From contig OZ245777.1 in NCBI GenBank assembly GCA_965227775.1, forward strand, positions 2,368,001 through 2,432,000: a stretch of DNA of 64,000 nucleotides, written 5' to 3'. Source of the DNA: Phycisphaerales bacterium. GTDB lineage: Bacteria; Planctomycetota; Phycisphaerae; Phycisphaerales; UBA1924. The notes beneath the pieces were generated by a model. It was not told the origin of the DNA and did not search any database. It was given only the letters and a program-made list of their open reading frames with translations. This document shows positions 1 through 12,787 of the stretch, piece by piece; position 1 is the stretch's first letter; each line of letters begins with the position of its first letter. The position numbers and the translations under genes were made by a program.

Positions 1-223
1 GGGTGACGTCGAACGCGACAGCCAGATGGGGCCCGTGCTCGTCTTTGCCCGGCTCAGACGCCACGAGGCTGAGGCAGCACCCGTCGATGTTGATCGATTC
101 GCCGGGGATCGGGCCGGGCTCGGCGAGCAGGTTCGTCGGGGTGGCGACGACTAGGCGCGTGCCGGCCGGCGAGGCATCGGATTTCAGCACGCGGCCAACG
201 CTGTGGATGAGTCCGGTGTACAT
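1..223 (-). CDS. ribE: Riboflavin synthase (alpha chain), N-terminal part; runs off the window edge
   Basis: Not in ORF track. Hand translation from CAT at 221-223 gives MYTGLIHSVGRV...GESINIDGCCLSLV...FDV, matching the MFTGI.../G.SI.vdG.CLTV signature (called ribC in E. coli). Confidence 0.88.
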   Translation of the reverse strand, partial: MYTGLIHSVGRVLKSDASPAGTRLVVATPTNLLAEPGPIPGESINIDGCCLSLVASEPGKDEHGPHLAVAFDVT

Positions 224-441
224 GGGGTGCCGGTGCCTTTCGCGAGAGAGGACGAAACCGCGGCGGTCGATCGGGCGAAGCCCACTGGCTCCCGCGATCG
301 GCGGCCGATGGGCCCTGGTGGCCCCTTGACCCCCTGCCGCGGGGGCCGGATACTGTGCGGCAGACATCAGGGGGCGCACGGGCCCGGTGCCGCCTTCCAG
401 CAACCGTACGGGCCACAACCCAGCCTCGGAGCCTTCCACGG

Positions 442-1638
442 ATGCGTACTTCCATTGATAAGCATGGCCCCCGTCCCGATCGCCGAGCCCGCCGGTTGCT
501 GGGCATTTCGGCGGCGGGCCTGGCTGCGTTTTCGCTGATCGCCGGTGGTTGTGCCTCGTCCTCGCAGATCGGCGCGCCGATCGACGCGACCCAGCAGGAC
601 GCCTCGGCGAGCTTTGACAGCAACGAGATGCGTTCGATCGGCTACAGCCGTGGCTGGCGAGCTTATCCGATCGTCACGCGTCGCCAGAGTGTGGAGCTTG
701 TGAGCACCTTCGATGACATCGTGCTGGTGCTCGAGGGCGGCTCGACGCTGAGCTGCATCGACGCTCAGGATGGTGCTTCTCGCTGGAGCACGCAGCTTGA
801 GAGCCCCGTGACTCCCTTCTTGGGGATCGCCCGTCAGGGCAACCTTGTCTACGTGAACTCGTCTTCGGAGCTCTACGTGCTCGACGCCTTGAGCGGTGAG
901 TTGCGTGCCCGACAGACGCTTCCGCTCGTGGTGACGACCGGTCCGACGCGGCACGAGGGCCAGCTGCTCTTCGGTTGCGCGGATGGCCAGGTGTTCAGTT
1001 ATGTGCCGACGCAGCAGATCAAGCTTTGGGGCAACCAGCTCGACCACCCCGTCGAGATGGACGCCATCTTGGTCGACGGCATTGCGGCGTTCGTGAGCTC
1101 GCAGGGCGATGTGCTGTTCATCGATCCGGCGCGCGGCACCGCGATGATGCGGGCCGGCGGCGGCCAGCGGTTCAACGCGCTCTTCGACGGCCCGGGCGCC
1201 ATGCCCGCGACCGCTCCGGGCATGCTGATCGTGCCGAGCGACGACCAATCGCTGTGGGCGTTCACCCCCGCAAGCAGCCGCAACCTTTGGCGCGTACCCA
1301 CCGAGGGGCCGATCACGAGCCGCCCGGTGGTGCATGGTGATCACGTGTTCATTGATCTGCCGGCCCTGGGCTTCAGCGCCGTGAACCTTGGCACGGGCGA
1401 AGTCGATTGGTCGCTCGAAGACGTGGGCGGAGAGCTCGTCGCGGTGCGCGACAAGCTGCTTGTCGTATTCGACGCCGACAATCAGGTGCTCACGCAGATC
1501 GATGGGCCAACGGGTGACGTCTTTGGCAAGGTGTCTGTCGGCGGTGTGAGCCGTGTCGAGACTGCCGCGCTCGAAGACCAGCCCATCTACCTGATCACCG
1601 ACCGCGGGCTGGTCGCCCGCTTCAACCCTGACGCCTGA
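442..1638 (+). CDS. PQQ-like beta-propeller repeat lipoprotein (BamB-like)
   Basis: Lipobox-like LIAGGC after a hydrophobic stretch; repeated D/N-xx-xG-xxxW blade motifs (IDAQDGASRW, VNLGTGEVDW); start taken at ATG 442. Confidence 0.7.
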   Translation: MRTSIDKHGPRPDRRARRLLGISAAGLAAFSLIAGGCASSSQIGAPIDATQQDASASFDSNEMRSIGYSRGWRAYPIVTRRQSVELVSTFDDIVLVLEGGSTLSCIDAQDGASRWSTQLESPVTPFLGIARQGNLVYVNSSSELYVLDALSGELRARQTLPLVVTTGPTRHEGQLLFGCADGQVFSYVPTQQIKLWGNQLDHPVEMDAILVDGIAAFVSSQGDVLFIDPARGTAMMRAGGGQRFNALFDGPGAMPATAPGMLIVPSDDQSLWAFTPASSRNLWRVPTEGPITSRPVVHGDHVFIDLPALGFSAVNLGTGEVDWSLEDVGGELVAVRDKLLVVFDADNQVLTQIDGPTGDVFGKVSVGGVSRVETAALEDQPIYLITDRGLVARFNPDA

Positions 1639-1641
1639 GCG

Positions 1642-3258
1642 GTGGGGGCGAACAGCGATGATCCGGGCGTTCGGCCGGTCCGCCGGGCGCTGATCTCCGT
1701 GAGCGACAAGACGGGCGTCGAGGAGTTTGCCTCGATGCTGTCGCATCATGGCGTTGAGCTTGTCTCAACCGGCGGAACGGCACGCACGCTGCGCGAATCG
1801 GGGCTGGCCGTGCGAGATGTGAGCGAACTGACCGGCTTTCCAGAAATGCTCGACGGCCGCGTGAAGACGCTGCACCCGAAGGTGCACGGCGGCATCCTGG
1901 GCGTGGAGGAGTTGCCCGAGCACGCTCGTGCGATGGGTGATCACGGCATCGAGCCCATCGATCTCGTTTGCATCGACCTGTACCCCTTCGAGTCGACCAT
2001 CGCCAGGGAGGGCGTGACCAAGGCCGAGGCGATCGAGCAGATCGACATCGGCGGGCCCGCGATGGTGCGGTCGGCGGCGAAGAACCAGGATCGCGTGGCG
2101 ATCATCACGAGCCCATCGCAATACGGTGGGGTCGCGGCCGAGCTCGACGAGCATGGCGGCACGACGATGTTGCTCCGGGCCAGACTTGCGGCGGCTGCGT
2201 TTGCGCGCACGAGCGCGTACGACGCCGCGATCGCGGGGTATCTGACATCGAGTGCGGGCGACGCGATGCCCGACACGCTCTCCTTGCGCATGGAGCGTGC
2301 CGGCGAACTTCGGTACGGAGAGAACCCGCACCAGGCCGCAGCGGTCTACAAGGACGCCGATTTCTCGGGGCCGACCGTCGTGGGTGTCGAGCCCTTGCAC
2401 GGCAAGGCGCTCAGCTACAACAACCTTGCGGACGCGAGCGCGGCGCTGGAGCTCGCGTTGGACCTGGCGCGCACGACCGGCAAGGTCGGCGCGACGGTCA
2501 TGAAGCATGCGAATCCGTGCGGTGCGTCGAGCGCCGATCGTGCGGAAGCCGCCATCGACCTGGCACTCTTGGGCGATCCGTTGGCGGCGTTCGGCGGCAT
2601 CGTGGCGTGCTCGCACGCGATCGACCTCGCGGCCGCGGAGCGATTGAGCGCGAAGGACTTGTTCCTTGAGGTGATCGTCGCTCCCGCATTTGACGCGGAT
2701 GCTTTGGAGCGGCTGCAGGCACGGTGGAAGACCACGCGTTTGCTGGCGGTCGGAGATCGCGGAGGAAGCGACCGGGTGGGCGTGATGGTGCGCACGCTGC
2801 CGGGCGGAGCGCTCGCGCAGCAGATCGATGCGTTGCGGCCGGACCCGATCTCTTGGACGCTCGCTGCGGGGCCGAAGCCGAGCGATGCGACGCTGTCGGC
2901 GTGTGCTGCACTGGTGTGCATCAGCCGGGCGCTTACCAGCAATGCGGTTGCTGTTGGAGGTGCGTCGCCGGGTGGCGTGGCGCTCTTTGGCGCCGGTGCT
3001 GGGCAGATGGACCGCGTGACGAGCTGCCGGCTGGCGGTCGAGAAGGCCGGCGACCGAACGCGCTCCTGCGATGGCGGTGGCATCGCCGCCAGCGACGGCT
3101 TCTTCCCGTTCAGCGACGGGCCTGCGATGCTGATCGACGCGGGGGTGAAGACGATCGTGCAGCCGGGCGGCTCGAAGCGTGACGACGAGACGATCGAGTT
3201 GTGCGAGCGCGAGGGCGTCAGCTTGTTGATGACGGGCGTGCGGCACTTCCGCCACTAA
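1642..3258 (+). CDS. purH: Bifunctional AICAR formyltransferase/IMP cyclohydrolase
   Basis: RRALISVSDKTG, GRVKTLHPKVHGG, IDIGGPAMVRSAAKN, LRYGENPHQ, ASDGFFPF, QPGGSKRD, TGVRHFRH. Confidence 0.98.
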   Translation: MGANSDDPGVRPVRRALISVSDKTGVEEFASMLSHHGVELVSTGGTARTLRESGLAVRDVSELTGFPEMLDGRVKTLHPKVHGGILGVEELPEHARAMGDHGIEPIDLVCIDLYPFESTIAREGVTKAEAIEQIDIGGPAMVRSAAKNQDRVAIITSPSQYGGVAAELDEHGGTTMLLRARLAAAAFARTSAYDAAIAGYLTSSAGDAMPDTLSLRMERAGELRYGENPHQAAAVYKDADFSGPTVVGVEPLHGKALSYNNLADASAALELALDLARTTGKVGATVMKHANPCGASSADRAEAAIDLALLGDPLAAFGGIVACSHAIDLAAAERLSAKDLFLEVIVAPAFDADALERLQARWKTTRLLAVGDRGGSDRVGVMVRTLPGGALAQQIDALRPDPISWTLAAGPKPSDATLSACAALVCISRALTSNAVAVGGASPGGVALFGAGAGQMDRVTSCRLAVEKAGDRTRSCDGGGIAASDGFFPFSDGPAMLIDAGVKTIVQPGGSKRDDETIELCEREGVSLLMTGVRHFRH

Positions 3259-3396
3259 GCCGGTCGACGCGCATTCGCGGACCTTGCCATGGTGCCGGGT
3301 CGTTTCTCTGTTCGGATCGTGTAAAACATCCTCGACCGGTTGTGGACAACTCCGGCGGTCTTGCCGACAATTCGTTCGCAAGGCGGTTTGTTGAGG

Positions 3397-4188
3397 ATGC
3401 GTCCTTCAAGACCCAACCCGAGGCCGAACGGCGACGCGTCCCATGCGTCCCGGGGGGGCGGTACTCGCCCTAGAAACGGCAAGACGCACGGTCGCCATCA
3501 GCTCGCCCACTCGCATTCGGCCGAGATCCGAGCCATCCGCGCGTGTTCTCTGGACGTGCCTGTGCTGTTGCTGAACAAGCACTACGCGGCGCTGCGAGTG
3601 ATCACCGCTCGCCGGGCGTTCACGCTGCTCTGCAAGGAATTGGCCGAGGTCGTGCATGTCGAGGGCGAGGATACGGCCGCGACGTTCAGCAACTACGACT
3701 TCGCGCAGTGGGTTGAGATGTCGGCCCTGCAGCAGGAGATGGAGCCGGCAGCGCACGATTGGGTGCGCACTGTTCGGCTGTCGATCGCCGTGCCCAGGGT
3801 CATTCGGCTGCTGGGCTACGACCGCCTGCCACGCGTGCAGGTGCGGCTGAGCCGGCGCACCATCTTCGAGCGTGATGGCCACCAGTGCCAGTATTGCAAG
3901 CGGTACTTCCGCGGCGGCGATTTGTCGGTCGATCACGTGCTTCCGCGGGCGCGGGGTGGCGGCGATAGCTGGGAGAACCTGGTGGCTGCGTGCATCCGTT
4001 GCAACGCCGCCAAGGGCGACCGCACGCCGAGCGAGGCGGGCATGCCCCTCGCGCGAGCGCCCAAGCGGCCGACGCCGGATTCGATCCTGCACGGCTGGGG
4101 CGCGGGCGGGCCGGGCAACAAGGCCCGCGGGGTACGCAGCGACCCGCGATTCGCGGTGTGGCGGATGTTCTTGCCGGCCGGGCGATAG
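3397..4188 (+). CDS. HNH endonuclease (McrA-like)
   Basis: RDGHQCQYC...SVDHVLPRARGGGDSWENLVAACIRCNAAKG; typical N-terminal VLLLN.Y...RRA; start codon uncertain. Confidence 0.9.
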   Translation: MRPSRPNPRPNGDASHASRGGGTRPRNGKTHGRHQLAHSHSAEIRAIRACSLDVPVLLLNKHYAALRVITARRAFTLLCKELAEVVHVEGEDTAATFSNYDFAQWVEMSALQQEMEPAAHDWVRTVRLSIAVPRVIRLLGYDRLPRVQVRLSRRTIFERDGHQCQYCKRYFRGGDLSVDHVLPRARGGGDSWENLVAACIRCNAAKGDRTPSEAGMPLARAPKRPTPDSILHGWGAGGPGNKARGVRSDPRFAVWRMFLPAGR

Positions 4189-4207
4189 ATGCGGTACCAA
4201 GTCTAAA

Positions 4208-4235
4208 CGAGCCGGCGTTCTTCAATGCCGGCTCG
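4208..4235. terminator. Hairpin between convergent genes, probable bidirectional terminator
   Basis: CGAGCCGGCGTT-CTTC-AATGCCGGCTCG, 12-bp stem, between the HNH (+) and Bax-inhibitor (-) stops; only short U tracts. Confidence 0.65.
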
Positions 4236-4261
4236 CTGTCATTCATGAGTTGTCGAGTCGC

Positions 4262-5062
4262 TTACTCGCCGCCGCGGAGCATGGCCAGCAGGCGGAGGAT
4301 GCTGATGTAGAGCCAGACGATGGTGACCAGCAGTGCGAAGCCGGCGTACCACTCCATCCACTTGGGGGCCTTGTTGGCCACGCCGTCTTCGACGATCTTG
4401 AAGTCGATCACGAGGTTGAACGCGGCGACGACCACGACACCCAGGCTGATGGCGATGCTCAGTGGGCCGCCGTCCCAGACGACCAGGGGCTTTCCTGCGA
4501 GCCAGCCCAGCAGGAAGTTGGCGAGCGCGAACACGCACACGCCGGCGGTCGCCACGATGATCATGCGAACGACCATGGGTGTCGCACGGATGATCCGTGT
4601 TGCGTACAGCGCGAGCATCACGGCCGCGATCGAGAAGGTCAGCCCTGCGGCCTGGGCGATCATGGTGGTGTTGAGCTGCGCCATGGCGCCGCTTTCTCCG
4701 GCCATCTGTTCCGGATTGAACCACGTGATCCACATGAACGAGGCGCCGGCGACGAACGCGCCCTCGGCGATTGCGTAGACCGGGGCGAGGAACGGGGCCA
4801 GGCGGGGCTTCAAGATGATGATCAACGCGAGCGCCAGCCCGACGAAGAGCCCGCCAAACAGTAACGGAACCCAGGCTCCCTCGGTCGCGAATGACCACAG
4901 CGCTGCGGCGGTGCCGACCGTCAGGCCAAGCAGGATCGCCGTGTTGGTGATGGCGCCCTGGTAGGTCATGGTCTTCGGGGCGGCGACGTGCTCGGCCCAG
5001 TCGCCGTGGCCGAGGTACTGCTCGACCTTGTTGACGGCGGGGTTGCCGGTTGTTGTGATCAT
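4262..5062 (-). CDS. Bax inhibitor-1/YccA family membrane protein
   Basis: About 7 hydrophobic helices; MTYQGAITNT, LVIDF..VE.GV...APKWMEWYAGFALLVTIVWLY.SILRLL C-terminal signature. Confidence 0.9.
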   Translation of the reverse strand: MITTTGNPAVNKVEQYLGHGDWAEHVAAPKTMTYQGAITNTAILLGLTVGTAAALWSFATEGAWVPLLFGGLFVGLALALIIILKPRLAPFLAPVYAIAEGAFVAGASFMWITWFNPEQMAGESGAMAQLNTTMIAQAAGLTFSIAAVMLALYATRIIRATPMVVRMIIVATAGVCVFALANFLLGWLAGKPLVVWDGGPLSIAISLGVVVVAAFNLVIDFKIVEDGVANKAPKWMEWYAGFALLVTIVWLYISILRLLAMLRGGE

Positions 5063-5131
5063 CGGTCGTGTCTCCCTGCGTGGTGCGGTATCGCGTCGTT
5101 GAGATGATAAGCGGTTGGACGCATCGTGGGG

Positions 5132-5674
5132 CTATCGCGTGCCGTGGAGGACCACTGCTGGCATCGGTCCGTGGCCTGGCACCACGTTGAACATCCGCAT
5201 GACGAATGCCTCGCGGTCGCGGGCGTCGAGTTGGATCTGCCACCCCCAATCGGGCTGCCCCTCACCAGCCGGATACGTGCCGTAGAGGTAGACCACACCC
5301 TCTCGCTCGTAGCCGTTCAGGGTCATGCCATCGCCGGCGTGGAACGTGTCGGTCCAGTCGCAACGCAGGGCCGCGGGCTGGCCGGCAAGCTCGATGACGC
5401 CCTCGTGCGCCTTGTCTCCGCGAGACCAGGTGTAGCGGACGGTCTTGGCTGCGACCTCGATGGTGCCATCGGAATGATCGGGCTTGGTCGGGTCGAAGAT
5501 CCAGAGACGGTTCGGGCCGGCCCAGTTGCCGTGGTGGGTGTCGGGCAGGGCGATCTCGGTTGGGCCCGTGGGCGCGGCTTGGCCCTCTTGCCCGGGTCCG
5601 ACGCCGAGCGCGATGGCACCTCCGAGAGCGAGCACTCCGAGTGTGGCGACGAGCAGGGTGGCGGTGGGGGTCAT
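5132..5674 (-). CDS. Secreted protein, DUF1579-like beta-barrel
   Basis: Signal peptide, AAGGAG RBS; GNWAG..RLW, WTDTFH, Y...EG.PDWGWQI motifs recalled from DUF1579. Confidence 0.55.
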   Translation of the reverse strand: MTPTATLLVATLGVLALGGAIALGVGPGQEGQAAPTGPTEIALPDTHHGNWAGPNRLWIFDPTKPDHSDGTIEVAAKTVRYTWSRGDKAHEGVIELAGQPAALRCDWTDTFHAGDGMTLNGYEREGVVYLYGTYPAGEGQPDWGWQIQLDARDREAFVMRMFNVVPGHGPMPAVVLHGTR

Positions 5675-5698
5675 GTTGGTCTCCTTCGAAGCAGGATC

Positions 5699-7942
5699 TT
5701 ACTTCGCTGCTGGTTCGCCGATGGTCAGTGCCTTCATCTCGCGTCCGTTGGCGACCAGAAGGGTGGGGCCGGCCTCGGTCTCGTGCCATGCGATGCCGGC
5801 GCGGTCTCCGCCGACCTTGGTGTGAGCGATGATGCTGCCGTCGTCGAGGTCGAAGACGCAGACGAGCCCGCCGTGGAAGGAGGCCGCTGCCCAGGAACGG
5901 CTGGCCGCGGCGGCGATGTCATCAGCCGGTCCGTTGCCGGCCACGCTCTGTCGCCAGATCTCGTTGCCATCGGAATCGACTGCGATCACGACAGCGGCAC
6001 CGTTATGACCGCCCGTACCCAGCAGAAGGATCGGGTCACCATTCCTGAATGCCGGCCGAACGAGGTTGGTGTAGTCGCGAGACCAGAGCAGCCGCTTCTG
6101 GCGACCGGTCTTGCCGTCGTAGACGTGGACTGTGCCGCCGGCTGACGTGGAGATGGGGTCTGCGATTCCGTCGCGATCGAGGTCGAGGGCGGTGACGTGC
6201 CAGATGTTGCCCGAGTCTCGGTTGCTCCAGATCTCCTTGCCTTGCGCGTCGTATGCGCGGATGCCGGTGTTGCCGTTGTAGCCGACGATGATCTCGTCGA
6301 TGCCATCACCGTCGAGGTCGGCGGGCCACGCGTCGTTCGGTCCTTGACCGCGCGGCACCGACCACTTTGTGTTACCTTCGTCGTCGATCAGTGTCGGGGG
6401 TTCGCCCCAGGTGGAGAAGACGACGTAGCCGCGCTCGCCGGCCGCCAGTCGCATCGTGCGCACCTTCGTGCCGAGGGAGCGGCTGGTGATCCGGTCCTTC
6501 ATCTCGCCGTCGTGCGTCATGCGAGCGACGCCGGTGAATCCGGCGGTGAGCAGATCGCCGCGATCGACCATGACTGAGTTCCATGCGCCGCGGACCGACC
6601 AGGCTTGGGTCATGTTCTCGGCCTCGGGCAGCGCCGCGGCCCCGCGCCGCTCGCCCGGCTCTGGCACGGGCTCGCCCGCGATGGAAGCCTCAATCTCGGC
6701 GGAGATGTCATCGGCCAGCGTGGGCGAGAAGCCGACGTGCACGGCCCGGATTGTGCCGTCGGCGTCGATCACGACCGTCTGCGGGATGCCGGTGACTCCG
6801 TAGGCTTCGCTCACCGAGCCATCGATGTCGAGCGCGACGGGGAGCGAGAGTTCCTGCTGCTCCATGAACTGTGCGGCGACGTCTTCGGTCTCCTGCACGT
6901 TGACGGCGTAGATCGTGACGCCCTGCTCGGCGTACTTCTCGGCGACCTCATCGAGCACGGGCAGCCCTTCGCGGCAGGGAGGGCACCATGTCGCCCAGAA
7001 GTCGAGCACGACGACCTTGTTGTCGGCCAGTGCGTCTTCGAGCGACATCTCGCCACCGCCGGTCGTTGCGAGCTCGAAGCCGGGCGCCTCGGTGCCCACG
7101 AGCGAGGCGGTCTGGGGCTCGTCCCAGCCCTCCATGTCGAAGTCGCCCATGTCGTCGTACTCGGCACCGAAGAACACGCCGGCGATGGTCTTGGCTTCTT
7201 GCGCGCCGTCTGGGGGCGTGAAGGCCAGGCGGTCGTCGGCGATCGTCTCCGGAGTCGTCCAACTGGTGAACAGTGTCGAGTAGCCCTTGCTCTCGGGTAG
7301 CCAGCCCGAGTCGATCCAGCTCTGGGGCAGCGGGTACTGGGCCTTCAACAGCAGTGGATCCCCTTCGGCAGCGATCCACATGTCGAAGGCAACGCCGCCA
7401 CCGTCGATGCGCACGCGATTGGCCTTGCGTTCGCCGACTTCTTCGATGCCGACGAACTCTGCCGTATCGAGTGTGCCCTCGATCAGCGCCAGCGGATCGT
7501 TGGCGACAATGGTCTTCAAGCCCGGGCCAACGAGCATGCGCCATTGCCAATCGACCCACGTCGCGTCGTGTTGGGAGAATGCTTCCAGCACGTCGTCGAC
7601 ACCCTCGCTCGTGACGAAGCTGTTGTGCTCGATGCCATGAATGACCGTCTCGTCGTTCCCAGCGTAGAGCGATGCGGTTGGCATGCCGCCAGTGTGGCGC
7701 AGCATCAGCTGGCCGGGCTTCGAGATCGTTCCCTCGTAGAAAGCCCAGTAGCGGGACTCTGCGCCCTGGCCGAGCATATCGAGCTCGACCGTGCACTTGA
7801 ACTCGGCGTTCTCGACCGAACCGTGGTACTCGGCCATCGAGCGCACCAGCTCCGCGGCATCTGGATGATCTTGCCCGATCGCCATGGTGGTGGTTGCAAG
7901 GCCGACGGCGCACACCAACAGGCACGGATTGCTGCGATACAT
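5699..7942 (-). CDS. Secreted multidomain redoxin: DUF2092/LolA-like domain + TlpA-like thioredoxin + C-terminal beta-propeller
   Basis: Signal peptide; VVVLDFWATWCPPC; YGVTGIPQTVVID; C-terminal ADLDGDGIDEI and LDLDRDG loops with repeated G...W blades. Confidence 0.8.
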   Translation of the reverse strand: MYRSNPCLLVCAVGLATTTMAIGQDHPDAAELVRSMAEYHGSVENAEFKCTVELDMLGQGAESRYWAFYEGTISKPGQLMLRHTGGMPTASLYAGNDETVIHGIEHNSFVTSEGVDDVLEAFSQHDATWVDWQWRMLVGPGLKTIVANDPLALIEGTLDTAEFVGIEEVGERKANRVRIDGGGVAFDMWIAAEGDPLLLKAQYPLPQSWIDSGWLPESKGYSTLFTSWTTPETIADDRLAFTPPDGAQEAKTIAGVFFGAEYDDMGDFDMEGWDEPQTASLVGTEAPGFELATTGGGEMSLEDALADNKVVVLDFWATWCPPCREGLPVLDEVAEKYAEQGVTIYAVNVQETEDVAAQFMEQQELSLPVALDIDGSVSEAYGVTGIPQTVVIDADGTIRAVHVGFSPTLADDISAEIEASIAGEPVPEPGERRGAAALPEAENMTQAWSVRGAWNSVMVDRGDLLTAGFTGVARMTHDGEMKDRITSRSLGTKVRTMRLAAGERGYVVFSTWGEPPTLIDDEGNTKWSVPRGQGPNDAWPADLDGDGIDEIIVGYNGNTGIRAYDAQGKEIWSNRDSGNIWHVTALDLDRDGIADPISTSAGGTVHVYDGKTGRQKRLLWSRDYTNLVRPAFRNGDPILLLGTGGHNGAAVVIAVDSDGNEIWRQSVAGNGPADDIAAAASRSWAAASFHGGLVCVFDLDDGSIIAHTKVGGDRAGIAWHETEAGPTLLVANGREMKALTIGEPAAK

Positions 7943-8101
7943 GAGTGTTCCCCTTCACGTCACCAAGAGCGCGCCCACCGAGAATCGGCGAACGCGAACC
8001 AGTACCCGAAAACGGGTCGCGTGGTTCGCCCCAGGTAGTATGACCGAAGTCGCTCCAGGATGCAACGTGATTTGGATCGGACTGGGCGTCGGATGGGGGT
8101 A

Positions 8102-11225
<3,124 letters not shown>

Positions 11226-11658
11226 GGATGGAACTCCGGAGACCAGATTCGGGACAGGTCGTGGTGGTGCGAGCAAGAGTGAGTGGGCTCGCGGTTCTGC
11301 TTGAACAGAGCGCGAAGGGGAGTATAGCGAGCCGCGGGATGGCCCGCGTGCTTCGTCGTGGGGCGGTCGACCGGCCCACGTCGGAAAAATCTCAAAAAAG
11401 TCACCCCCAGACTTGCCCCTGCGGCTGTTGGTATCCCCGCCATCCGCAGTGCGGAACGTCCTGATAGCTGATCGAGACAAAACGCCCTTGGCGCCGCGTG
11501 GAGGGCGTTTGTGGGCACAAACCGGCTGCGAGTGGCGGCATTAGGGCTGCGACGGATGGTGGCAACACGGTGATCTGCAGGAGCGAGCATTCACACAGGC
11601 ATCGCCCGCGAGCGGGCATCGCCGAGCAACGACGTTCCCCCAAAGGAGGACACGAACC

Positions 11659-12648
11659 ATGACTCGCAAGACGACCGCCCTGACCATCGCTGCCGTCGCT
11701 GGCCTTGCCACCGCCGCCTTCGCCCTTAGCTCCGCCCCGAGCGGCTCGAAGCAAGACTCCTGCCAGAGCGCGTGCGGCTACGAGAAGAGCGATTCGCAGG
11801 CCGTGACCATGGTCTCCGCCAACACGGCCGACGACACCATCGTGGGCGTCGCGGCAGAGGCTGGCCAATTCAGGACGCTGCTGGCTGCCGCCACGGCCGC
11901 CGGCCTGGCCGACGCTCTGAGCAGCAGTGGCCCGCTGACCGTGTTCGCCCCGACCGACGAGGCTTTCGCCAAGCTGGGCCAGGGAACTATTAACGACCTG
12001 CTGAAGCCCGAGAACAAGCAGAAGCTTGTCAGCATCCTGACCTACCACGTCGTGAGCGGCGAGATGCCGGCCAGCAAGGTGCTGAGCAGCAACGACGCAA
12101 CCACGCTCAACGGCCAGCGCATCGACTTCTCGCAGAACGAGCGTGGTGCGTTCGTTGACAACGCCCGCATCATCGCGACCGACGTTGACGCGAGCAACGG
12201 CGTGATCCACGTGATCGATAGCGTGATCATCCCCGAGACCAAGAATCTGGCCCAGGTTGCCGTTGGTGATGGCCGCTTCACCATCCTCGCCAAGGCCGTC
12301 GAGGCCGCCGGCCTGACGAGCGCCCTGACCGGCGACGATGCCCTGACCGTGTTCGCCCCGACCGACGAGGCGTTTGGCAAGCTTCCCCAGGGGACGCTCG
12401 AGGAGCTGCTGCGTCCTGAGAATCGCGACACGCTCGTCAAGATCCTGACCTACCACGTCGTTCCCGGCCGCGTGTACGCTCGCGAAGCCGTTGGTGCCCA
12501 GCGTGCGGCAACGCTGCAGGGCGACACCGTCCGCGTTGGCATCGACAACGGACGCCTGACCATCGACGGCGCCAACGTCATCAACAGCGACATCGAGACG
12601 AGCAACGGCGTCATCCACGTCATCGACTCGGTGATCCTGCCCGACTGA
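11659..12648 (+). CDS. Secreted fasciclin protein with two FAS1 domains
   Basis: Signal peptide; two copies of TVFAPTDEAF...ILTYHVV...SNGVIHVIDSVI; AAGGAGG RBS. Confidence 0.95.
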   Translation: MTRKTTALTIAAVAGLATAAFALSSAPSGSKQDSCQSACGYEKSDSQAVTMVSANTADDTIVGVAAEAGQFRTLLAAATAAGLADALSSSGPLTVFAPTDEAFAKLGQGTINDLLKPENKQKLVSILTYHVVSGEMPASKVLSSNDATTLNGQRIDFSQNERGAFVDNARIIATDVDASNGVIHVIDSVIIPETKNLAQVAVGDGRFTILAKAVEAAGLTSALTGDDALTVFAPTDEAFGKLPQGTLEELLRPENRDTLVKILTYHVVPGRVYAREAVGAQRAATLQGDTVRVGIDNGRLTIDGANVINSDIETSNGVIHVIDSVILPD

Positions 12649-12713
12649 TTGCACTCAGCTCTCTCCGTGCCGTTTGCCCGGCCGATCCAAGGCGTCCGGG
12701 CGACGGCTTCCCA

Positions 12714-12750
12714 CTCCGACGTGTCCACCCCCGGCGCGTCGGGGTTTTTT
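12714..12750 (+). terminator. Rho-independent terminator
   Basis: Stem CTCCGACGTGTC / GGCGCGTCGGGG (12 bp including G-U pairs) followed by TTTTTT, downstream of the fasciclin gene. Confidence 0.8.
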
Positions 12751-12787
12751 GCTTACGGATTCGTCTGAGCCCGCGTAAGAGGTGTGT

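Noticed and set aside
224..441. FMN riboswitch upstream of riboflavin synthase
   Set aside because: No RFN conserved blocks (AGGGC...GAAATTCCC.ACCGGCGGT) on either strand
3259..3396. ZTP riboswitch beside purH; DnaA-box-like TGTGGACAA at 3341-3349
   Set aside because: The region is downstream of purH and lacks the ZTP core. A single box without a cluster or AT-rich unwinding element does not support an origin.
3397..4188. HNH gene as homing endonuclease, IscB/Cas9-like or defence element
   Set aside because: No RuvC motifs, intron context, inverted repeats, methylase or array; it fits a widespread standalone McrA-like family
11226..11658. tRNA or ncRNA upstream of tig; hairpin near 11478-11513
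   Set aside because: No T-loop or cloverleaf and no recognisable RNA family; explainable as a divergent promoter region
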